DNA from: Candidatus Omnitrophota bacterium
GTDB lineage: Bacteria; Omnitrophota; Gorgyraeia; Zapsychrales; Zapsychraceae
Length of the DNA stretch: 64,000 nucleotides
Direction: 5' to 3'
NCBI GenBank assembly: GCA_029261065.1
Contig: JAJDCB010000029.1
Location: forward strand, 15,448 to 79,447
Shown: positions 56,714-64,000 of the stretch, piece by piece
Numbering within the stretch: the stretch's first letter is position 1
Layout of the letters: each line of letters begins with the position of its first letter
Translations under genes and position numbers: made by a program
Notes under the pieces: model-generated
Databases searched by the model: none
Told to the model about the DNA's origin: nothing
The model's input: the letters and a program-made list of their open reading frames with translations, nothing else

Positions 56714-57667
56714 ATGAAGAAGTTTTTAATTGCAGGTGGAGCAGGATTTATTGGGTCAAATATTGCAGAGTATCTTATAAAGGAAGGACATTATGTTAGA
56801 GTCTTAGATAATTTCTTTTCAGGTAAAGAAGAGAATCTTGATTTTGCTAAAGGTCTAGGAAAAGATAAATTTGAGCTTATTCGAGGTGACATTCGGGATA
56901 TAGATGCTTGTGAGAAAGCGTGTGAAGGTATTGATTATATTTCTCTTCAAGCTGCGTTACGTTCAGTACCTCAATCAATGGTTAATCCAGAAGATTATAA
57001 TGATGTGAACATCAATGGTGTTTTAACGATGTTAAAAGCAGCCTCTAAGAAGAAGGTGAAACGTCTTGTGTTTGCCTCTTCAAGTTCTGTTTATGGAGAT
57101 ACAGATAAGTTTCCACAAGTCGAATCTCATTATCCTCTTTTGATTTCTCCTTATGCGTTAAGTAAATTAGCAGGCGAGTACTATTGCCGTATTTTTTCAG
57201 AGCATTTTAATGTGGAAACAGTCTGTTTAAGATATTTTAACGTTTTTGGTCCTAAACAAGCATTAGATGATGAATATGCCGTTGTTGTGCCAAAGTTTAC
57301 ACACAGTATTTTAAACGATGAAAAACCACCCGTATTTGGAAATGGTGAACAATCACGGGATTTTACTTTTATTGAGAATGTTGTGTCAGCTAATGTTCTC
57401 GCAGCAACAACTCCCGGCATTAAACATGAAGTGTTTAATGTGGCAAATGGAAAAGACACATCAATTTTAGAACTCATCGCATCTTTAAATAAAATTATTG
57501 GAAAAAATATAGAGCCAAATTTGTTGCCGGTTCGTGCAGGTGATGTTTTTAAAACGCATGCTGATATTTCCAAGATTCAAGAAAAGCTTGGGTTTAAGGT
57601 TTTGTTTAATTTTGAGGAAGGCTTAGAGAAGACAGTAGCTTATTTTAAAGAAGCATTTGGAAAATAA
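56714..57667 (+). CDS. NAD-dependent sugar-nucleotide 4-epimerase (SDR; WbpP/GalE-like)
   Basis: GGAGFIGSN Rossmann motif. Catalytic YALSKLAGE. Confidence 0.75.
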   Translation: MKKFLIAGGAGFIGSNIAEYLIKEGHYVRVLDNFFSGKEENLDFAKGLGKDKFELIRGDIRDIDACEKACEGIDYISLQAALRSVPQSMVNPEDYNDVNINGVLTMLKAASKKKVKRLVFASSSSVYGDTDKFPQVESHYPLLISPYALSKLAGEYYCRIFSEHFNVETVCLRYFNVFGPKQALDDEYAVVVPKFTHSILNDEKPPVFGNGEQSRDFTFIENVVSANVLAATTPGIKHEVFNVANGKDTSILELIASLNKIIGKNIEPNLLPVRAGDVFKTHADISKIQEKLGFKVLFNFEEGLEKTVAYFKEAFGK

Positions 57668-58715
57668 AAAGCTATTGATTCATAAAACAAAAATGCAAGG
57701 CATGAAATCATTTATCAAATTGTGTGTTTGTTATGTGCTTTTTTATTCAGGAGCCATGCATTTATATATAAAAGGTGTCCTGTTAAAAAGAAATCGGTTT
57801 CCTGCTCTTATCATAAACTATCATAGCTTTGTAAAGAGTTTAGAGAACGTGATGGAGACACATCCAACAGTCACACATTTGATAGATGACTTTGAAAAAG
57901 AAGTCATCTTTCTTAAAAAATATTTTGATATTGTGTCTTTAAGTGAAGTTGTAGATACATTAAAAGAAGAAAAAGTGTTTTTAAAACCGACCATTGTCAT
58001 TACGGTTGATGACGGCTTTAAAGATAACTTTGATTTGCTTTTTCCTGTTTTAGAAAAACACAATATTTCTGTAACGATCTTTCTCTCAACTGGGGTTATT
58101 AATACGAATAAGCGATTGTGGGTTAATCGATTAGATCAAATGATTGGGCAAGCCAAAGGGGGAGAGCTTAATCTTAATAATTTGTTTAATAATCAGAGAT
58201 TTACGTTGCAGTCAGTAGATGAGAAACGAGAGGCCTATAAGCAAATAGTGGGTGCTTTAAAAGATGTCAAGATAGAACAGCGAGATGAAAGCCTTAAGGA
58301 CATTGAAAAACAGTTAGGTTCGCCTAATGAGAATAAGCCTTTAATGTTAAGTTGGGATGAGATAAAGCTGATGAATGAATCGCTTGTTGAGTTTGGAGCG
58401 CATACTGTTAACCATCCCATTTTAACAAGTGTATCTTTATCTGAAGCTCAGCAAGAAATATTTGATTCGAAGTTGGAAATTGAAAAACATCTTAAAAAAG
58501 AAGTTAAACATTTTGCCTTTCCAAATGGCCGGCCTCAGGATTTTTCGGAAGAATTAAGAGATTATTGCAAGGAAATAGGTTTTCAAAGTGTGAGTAGTTG
58601 TGATTTTGGAGTTAATATAAAAAAAGTTGATAATTTCAATCTTAAAAGAGTAGGATCTGAAGTTCCTATGAGTTTGTACGCGTTTAATGTTGTTCGTGTA
58701 TTTTCTAAAATTTGA
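57657..58715 (+). CDS. polysaccharide deacetylase (NodB-homology; PEP-CTERM-locus subfamily-like)
   Basis: TVDDGFKDNFD (NodB motif 1). HTVNHPIL (His motif). N-terminal signal-anchor. TTG start; alternative ATG at 57693. Confidence 0.6.
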   Translation: MENKKLLIHKTKMQGMKSFIKLCVCYVLFYSGAMHLYIKGVLLKRNRFPALIINYHSFVKSLENVMETHPTVTHLIDDFEKEVIFLKKYFDIVSLSEVVDTLKEEKVFLKPTIVITVDDGFKDNFDLLFPVLEKHNISVTIFLSTGVINTNKRLWVNRLDQMIGQAKGGELNLNNLFNNQRFTLQSVDEKREAYKQIVGALKDVKIEQRDESLKDIEKQLGSPNENKPLMLSWDEIKLMNESLVEFGAHTVNHPILTSVSLSEAQQEIFDSKLEIEKHLKKEVKHFAFPNGRPQDFSEELRDYCKEIGFQSVSSCDFGVNIKKVDNFNLKRVGSEVPMSLYAFNVVRVFSKI

Positions 58716-58731
58716 GTTTTAGGTTTTTACA

Positions 58732-61053
58732 ATGAATATAAAAAGTCAAAAAAATAATGTTAGTGCTGTTGTTTTAGGAATGGGTGTGAATGGTCTTGGA
58801 GTGGTGCGCAGTTTATCGAAGGAAGGGGTTAAAGTCTATGCCTTTGATGAAGATAGAAATCAACCAGCCATGGCCACTTCTTTAGCTGTCGTTAAAGAAT
58901 GTCCTGATGTTAAACATCAAGCTAAGGCATTATTAACGTTTTTGATAGAGTTTTCAAAATCAGAAGGTAACTGTCCTGTCCTATTTCCATGCACTGATGC
59001 TCATAATGAGTTTCTTCATCGTTATCGTGATCAACTCAAAGAATATTTTCGATTTATTAACTCTGAGGATGAGGTGATGAAGAAATTGTTAGATAAAAAT
59101 GGTCAATATCAATTAGCACAAGAACATAATGTCGCAACAGCTAAAACTTTTAGTCCAAAGTCCATTGAAGAGATAGATGCCATTTCAAAAAAAATACAAT
59201 TTCCTGTGATTATTAAGGGTTTAAATCCTATGCCATGGAGAGCCGTTTTTGGAGATCAAAAGGTAATTGTTATTAAAAACGCAAAAGAGTTAACAGATGA
59301 ATATCTAAAATTATTTAAAACAAATTTACATACGGTTATACAAGAGATAATTGTTGGAGATGATACGCGGCATTATAAATTTTGTGCCTACATTAATAAA
59401 GATGGAAAGGCTCTTTTAACTTTTACTCTTCAAAAAGTAAGACAATTTCCGTGTCATTTTGGAATCGGTTCCTGTGTCGTAAGTGTATTTGAACCTGAGG
59501 TTGCTGAGAAAGGATTGCAGTTTATGCGTGATATGGGCTATCGAGGCATCGGTTCCATTGAGTTTAAGCGAGATAAGAGGGATGAAAAATTAAAGATGAT
59601 TGAGCTCAATGCTCGATTATGGGCTCAAAATAGTTTAGCGACGGCCTGTGGTCAAAATTATCCATGGGTTGCTTATCGTGATTTAATCGGAGAAGAAGTG
59701 CCTTTGAGTTCAAAGTTTAAAGAAGGCATTAAATGGATTGCCTCTAAAGAAGATCGGGCTTCCTTTTATGGTTATTTTAGGGAAGGGTCGATGAGTTTTA
59801 AAACATGGTTTAAAAGTTTTTGTACAGGGAGGAGAGTTTGGTCCTTATTTAATTGGGATGATCCAATGCCATTTTTAAAAGAGACTAAATTTGGATTTAT
59901 TGTGTTTATAAAGGTATTTAAAAAATTTATTGGGGTCTTTAACCAAAAGCAAACGAACAAAATAAATCAATTTGGAAATCTACATTTGCATGTGATTCAA
60001 GGTTGGGATGAGTTTTTTAGTTTACGTAAAGAATGGAATGATATTTTAGACAACAATCACATCTCAAATCCTTTTATAAGACATGAATGGTTATGTTCAT
60101 GGTGGAAAGGTTATGGGGCAGAGAAAAAAATGTACATTGTTAAATTTAGCGAAAATGGTCGAACTTTAGGTTTTGCGCCATTGATGAGATATAAAACAAA
60201 ATTATGCTCTTTTCCAACAGAAGCACTTGGATTTATTTCGAATCATTGGACTAGGATGGACTTTGTTATTGCTGATAAAGCTAAAGAATGCATGGAAAGT
60301 TTAGCTGAGCACATTAAATCTGAAAAATATATATGTATATTAGCTCAAATGGATTGCGAGGGTGAAAATGTTAATGTTTTGGAAAAGCAGCTAAAGAAAA
60401 ATAGAATTTCTTTTACTAAAGATGAAAAATTGCATGCTTATATTCCTGTAAAAGGGGCTTGGCGTGAATACTTTCAAAGTCAATCATCTAATTTTAGGAT
60501 GGATTCCAATAGGAAAATTAAACGATTAGAAAAGCAGGGTGAGATTGTTTTCTCAAGAGGGTTATCAAAAAATGGAACTTCTGTAGATAAAATAAGAGAA
60601 GTTGCTCAAAATTCTTGGCAATCAAGAGATAACGTGAATATCGTAACGACACCAGAAGGGCGCGTTTTTTATGATGAGATTATTAAGCAGTGGAAAGGCG
60701 AAGGTAGGCTTGATTTTTCTATTCTTGAAGTTGATGGAAAACCAATTTCCTATTTAGTAGGTGTGGAAAATGAAGGTTGCTACTATGCATTTGATACCGC
60801 GTATGATAAAGAGTTTCAGAAATTTTCTCCAGGACTAATTATGCATAATCATATTCTTAAGAATACATTTGATAAGGGCTTGAAAAAATTTGATTTTGGC
60901 TATAACGCTAGTTATAAAAAGCGTTGGTCAGAAGAACAAATAGAGATGTTAGACATAACTGTTTTTCCTAAGACATTGGGAGGACAGTTTTTTTTAATTT
61001 TGAATACAATAAAAAGATTTATTAAACGAAGAAAGGAAGAACGTATATGTTAA
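58732..61053 (+). CDS. fusion: ATP-grasp ligase domain / FemAB-CelD-like (TIGR03019-type) acyltransferase domain
   Basis: N-terminal about 380 aa with ATP-grasp pattern (FPVIIKGLNP, IQEIIVGDD, ELNARLW). C-terminal about 370 aa with FemAB/CelD-like motifs (WDEFFSLRKEWNDIL...NPFIRHEWL, FDFGYN). Confidence 0.55.
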   Translation: MNIKSQKNNVSAVVLGMGVNGLGVVRSLSKEGVKVYAFDEDRNQPAMATSLAVVKECPDVKHQAKALLTFLIEFSKSEGNCPVLFPCTDAHNEFLHRYRDQLKEYFRFINSEDEVMKKLLDKNGQYQLAQEHNVATAKTFSPKSIEEIDAISKKIQFPVIIKGLNPMPWRAVFGDQKVIVIKNAKELTDEYLKLFKTNLHTVIQEIIVGDDTRHYKFCAYINKDGKALLTFTLQKVRQFPCHFGIGSCVVSVFEPEVAEKGLQFMRDMGYRGIGSIEFKRDKRDEKLKMIELNARLWAQNSLATACGQNYPWVAYRDLIGEEVPLSSKFKEGIKWIASKEDRASFYGYFREGSMSFKTWFKSFCTGRRVWSLFNWDDPMPFLKETKFGFIVFIKVFKKFIGVFNQKQTNKINQFGNLHLHVIQGWDEFFSLRKEWNDILDNNHISNPFIRHEWLCSWWKGYGAEKKMYIVKFSENGRTLGFAPLMRYKTKLCSFPTEALGFISNHWTRMDFVIADKAKECMESLAEHIKSEKYICILAQMDCEGENVNVLEKQLKKNRISFTKDEKLHAYIPVKGAWREYFQSQSSNFRMDSNRKIKRLEKQGEIVFSRGLSKNGTSVDKIREVAQNSWQSRDNVNIVTTPEGRVFYDEIIKQWKGEGRLDFSILEVDGKPISYLVGVENEGCYYAFDTAYDKEFQKFSPGLIMHNHILKNTFDKGLKKFDFGYNASYKKRWSEEQIEMLDITVFPKTLGGQFFLILNTIKRFIKRRKEERIC

Positions 61054-61823
61054 TGCCATTATTTAAATATCGAGATTTATTAGCAATGCTTGTGGTGCGT
61101 GATATACGCGTGAGATATAAGCAGGCGGCGATGGGGTTTATGTGGGCCATTTTTATGCCTATGGTTGCTGTGTTAGCAGGTATTATCGTAAAAAAGGCAA
61201 TGGCCGTTATCTCGGGAGGTGATTTAGAACTTTTAGGAATTGTTTCTATGTCGGTTAAGATATTGCCATGGACATTTTTCTCAAGTGCTATTCGTTTTTC
61301 AGTTTCAAGTTTGGTGTCTAACAGTAATCTTGTTACCAAAATATATTTTCCAAGAGAGGTTCTTCCCTTAGGAGCGATCTTGGCTTGTACGTTTGATTTT
61401 CTAGTAGCTATTTTAGTTCTTTGTGTCCTTTTAACGATGGCACAGGTTGGTGTGAGTATACAGCTCTTGTGGTTGCCTTTTATCTTTCTTATGCTGTTTT
61501 GTTTAACAGCGGGATTAGGGTTTTTGTTGGCCGCGGCTAACTTGTTTTTTAGGGATGTAAAATATATTGTTGAGATCATTTTAACGTTTGGTATCTTTTT
61601 TACTCCTGTATTTTATAGCTCGGATGAATTAGGGCAATACGGTATATTTATGTTACTCAATCCCATTGGAAGTATATTAGAATCAATTAGTCAAGTTGTT
61701 GTCCTTAAGCAAGCTCCAGATATGTTGTGGCTTTTATATTCTTCTGTTTGTTCGATAGCCATATTTATTTTTGGGTTTATTATTTTTAAAAAGAAAGAAT
61801 CTGTATTCGCTGAGAATATTTAA
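61047..61823 (+). CDS. ABC-2 type polysaccharide exporter permease (Wzm-like)
   Basis: 6 TM segments, ABC-2 pattern. Overlaps the upstream gene by 7 nt. Confidence 0.7.
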   Translation: MLMPLFKYRDLLAMLVVRDIRVRYKQAAMGFMWAIFMPMVAVLAGIIVKKAMAVISGGDLELLGIVSMSVKILPWTFFSSAIRFSVSSLVSNSNLVTKIYFPREVLPLGAILACTFDFLVAILVLCVLLTMAQVGVSIQLLWLPFIFLMLFCLTAGLGFLLAAANLFFRDVKYIVEIILTFGIFFTPVFYSSDELGQYGIFMLLNPIGSILESISQVVVLKQAPDMLWLLYSSVCSIAIFIFGFIIFKKKESVFAENI

Positions 61824-61864
61824 ATACAACTATTTTGTAAATAAGAAAGAATGGAGTCGATTAT

Positions 61865-63109
61865 ATGAAATATGCAATAGAATTTAATCATGCATGGAAG
61901 AAGTTTAAAAAAGGGGAGAAATTTGATTCTCTTCGAGATGCCGTGCCGAACTTTTTTAAAAATATTATTAAACCAAAAAAATCTACTGAGGATTTAACTG
62001 ATCGTGAATTCTGGGCTGTGCGCGATGTCGATTTTCAGGTCAAAAAGGGAGAGGTTGTTGGGATTATTGGTCCAAATGGTGCTGGTAAAAGTACAATCTT
62101 AAAGATGCTCTCAGGGATCCTTATTCCTAATAAAGGTGACATGAAAATACACGGTCGGCTTTCTGCCCTTATTGAGGTAACAGCGGGATTTCACCCAGAA
62201 TTAACGGGTCGGGAAAATGTTTATCTCAATGGAACTATTTTGGGTATGAAGAAAAAGGAATTAGATGCCAAGTTTGAAGATATTGTTGAGTTCTCAGGCA
62301 TAAGAGAATTTATCGACACACCTGTTAAACGTTATTCTTCGGGGATGTATTCCCGTTTAGGTTTTTCCGTTGCGGCTCATGTTAATCCTGATGTATTGCT
62401 TGTTGATGAAGTTTTAGCCGTTGGTGACATCTCCTTTCAGGCGAAATGCGCACAAAAAATGCGTGAGATGTTAAAAAGTGGCGTCACAATTGCGATTGTT
62501 TCTCATAGCTTACCGCTGATTCAAAGTTTATGCGAACGTGTTATTTTAATTGATAAGGGGCAAGTGCTCAAGGAAGGAAGTCCAGAGGAAGTAATTCCGT
62601 TTTATGAAAAGATTGTTTTTAATCAACAAGAAGAAGAGCTTAAGAATAAACTAAAAAAATCGACCTTTAAGGTTGCACCAACAGACAATAAGCCTTTAAT
62701 TACCATTAATAAAGTTGATATAATTGATGGAAAAGGTGAATCAAAAGATGACTTTCCTTTTGGCTCAAATTTAACAATAAATGTGGAATATAATGCCGAT
62801 AAGAAAATTGAAAAACCAGTATTCTCTTTAGTCCTTTTTCGCTCAGATGGCGTTGTATGTTTTGAATCTGATACAAAACGCAGAGGGGTGTCTGTTGAAA
62901 GTATTGAAGGAAAGGGTAAATATATTGCCCAATTAGGTGAGCTTAAGTTGTCACCTGGAATTTATATTCTTCAGCTATCTATTCTTGATAGAGATTTGGT
63001 CCATCCGTATGTCATTAGGAAAGAAGATGTTTTTAAAATTGAAACAGACAGTGTTCACAAACAAACATCCTCCGTGTTTTGGAAGGATGTTGAGTGGAGA
63101 ATGAATTAA
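61865..63109 (+). CDS. ABC transporter ATP-binding protein (Wzt-like, with C-terminal substrate-binding extension)
   Basis: Walker A GPNGAGKST. Signature YSSGMYSRLGFS. Walker B LLVDEVLAVGD. About 170-aa C-terminal beta-rich extension. Confidence 0.75.
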   Translation: MKYAIEFNHAWKKFKKGEKFDSLRDAVPNFFKNIIKPKKSTEDLTDREFWAVRDVDFQVKKGEVVGIIGPNGAGKSTILKMLSGILIPNKGDMKIHGRLSALIEVTAGFHPELTGRENVYLNGTILGMKKKELDAKFEDIVEFSGIREFIDTPVKRYSSGMYSRLGFSVAAHVNPDVLLVDEVLAVGDISFQAKCAQKMREMLKSGVTIAIVSHSLPLIQSLCERVILIDKGQVLKEGSPEEVIPFYEKIVFNQQEEELKNKLKKSTFKVAPTDNKPLITINKVDIIDGKGESKDDFPFGSNLTINVEYNADKKIEKPVFSLVLFRSDGVVCFESDTKRRGVSVESIEGKGKYIAQLGELKLSPGIYILQLSILDRDLVHPYVIRKEDVFKIETDSVHKQTSSVFWKDVEWRMN

Positions 63110-63122
63110 GAAAGTAAGTCTT

Positions 63123-64000
63123 ATGCATAAAGTTAAATATATTCATCATCATATCAAGCATCATTCAAATCATTCGGGTTACAATCGAATTTTGGATTAT
63201 GTGGATAATGATTTTAAAAGAGATGGTTTTGTTGAGAAAATATATCGAAAAATTCCCTACAAGGTTAAAGATATATTTTTAAAGAAATCGCAGGTGAAAT
63301 GGTATAACGTTGAGCGATTATTAAATGAAACAATAGTAATGAGTAAGGGACTAGGTTTATCAAAAGAGGTATACCATTTTCTTTATGGTGATGATTCTTA
63401 TTGTTTTTCAGGTATGACACCTCGACTTTCAAATAAGAAGTTGGTTGCCACTTTTCATCAGCCACCAAAGTTGTTTGATGAATTTATAAAGCGTAAAAAT
63501 CATATTCAAGCTCTAGATGCTGTCATTGTAGTTGGTTCGAACTTAAAGGAACATCTTCAAAAGATTACGGGTAAAGATAATGTCTATGTTGTTCCTCATG
63601 GTATAGATTTAGAGTTTTTTAAACCTCTAGAAGATGAAAATCGTTTTAAGGAAAAGAGATGTTTGTTTGTTGGACAATGGCTAAGGGATTTTGAGACGTT
63701 AGTTAGGGTTATTGAGATTGTTAACAAGAATTCTTTAGATGTTCATTTTGATGTTGTTAGCTTTGAAGATAAAAAATCACATTTTGAAAATTTTAACAAT
63801 GTCACATTTTATTCATCTACTGAAGAGTCAAAACTATTAGAACTTTATCAGAAAGCCTCTTTACTCGTATTGCCATTAACCGATTGTACGGCCAATAATT
63901 CTGTTTTAGAAGCCATGGCTTGTGGATTGCCCATTTTGACAACAAGAGTGGGTGGGGTTATGGATTATGTGGATGAACATTGTGCAGCCCTTACTGATCC
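63123..64000 (+). CDS. glycosyltransferase family 4 (GT-B), truncated at window end
   Basis: ORF open to the window edge. C-terminal ...EAMACGLPILTTRVGGVMDYVDE matches the GT4 E-X7-E region. Confidence 0.5.
   Translation, partial: MHKVKYIHHHIKHHSNHSGYNRILDYVDNDFKRDGFVEKIYRKIPYKVKDIFLKKSQVKWYNVERLLNETIVMSKGLGLSKEVYHFLYGDDSYCFSGMTPRLSNKKLVATFHQPPKLFDEFIKRKNHIQALDAVIVVGSNLKEHLQKITGKDNVYVVPHGIDLEFFKPLEDENRFKEKRCLFVGQWLRDFETLVRVIEIVNKNSLDVHFDVVSFEDKKSHFENFNNVTFYSSTEESKLLELYQKASLLVLPLTDCTANNSVLEAMACGLPILTTRVGGVMDYVDEHCAALTD

Noticed and set aside
1-64000. CRISPR arrays, IS elements, prophage or toxin-antitoxin modules
   Set aside because: No regularly spaced direct repeats, transposase/integrase-like ORFs or phage structural genes were seen on either strand.

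Overview
This is a low-GC, gene-dense bacterial chromosomal window, almost entirely on the + strand, with no transposases, integrases, CRISPR arrays or prophage signatures.

Gene content in order:
- A partial c-type cytochrome, TatA and a CBS protein.
- A tRNA-Lys(CTT) on the minus strand.
- A pentose-phosphate block (split transketolase tktA/tktB, transaldolase, 6-phosphogluconolactonase) with a radical-SAM gene wedged inside it.
- A beta-oxidation block: PaaK-like adenylate-forming enzyme, thiolase, FadB/FadJ, acyl-CoA dehydrogenase, followed by an NTE-like cNMP-binding/patatin phospholipase.
- A heme block: a HemC(truncated)-CobA-HemD tri-domain fusion, hemB and hemL.
- A dense glycosylation region with three successive polyprenyl-phosphate GT2 plus GT-C membrane transferase pairs.
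- An ArsM-type arsenite methyltransferase with a TIGR04283-like glycosyltransferase, and elsewhere a second radical-SAM gene coupled to a DUF2064/TIGR04282-like protein.
- A voltage-gated K+ channel, a fused MFS/spermidine-synthase, a PAS-GAF-GGDEF protein, and a sensor kinase.
- rpoN (sigma-54) sitting divergently from a near-consensus sigma-54 -24/-12 promoter.
- Downstream of that promoter, a PEP-CTERM-type exopolysaccharide locus: Wza-like exporter, chain-length determinant, TIGR03015-like ATPase, a BY-kinase whose membrane partner is the separate chain-length-determinant gene, epimerase, polysaccharide deacetylase, an ATP-grasp/FemAB fusion, Wzm/Wzt ABC exporter and GT4 genes. It runs off the window end.

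The most interesting candidates are:
- A dispersed arsenosugar-type organoarsenical toolkit (ArsM, ArsS-like radical SAM, and the two associated transferase families).
- The repeated GT2/GT-C pairs.
- The HemC fusion that lacks the cofactor-binding domain.
- The sigma-54-controlled EPS locus with an unusual ATP-grasp-FemAB fusion.

All calls are from reading the sequence and ORF translations by eye; no searches were run.
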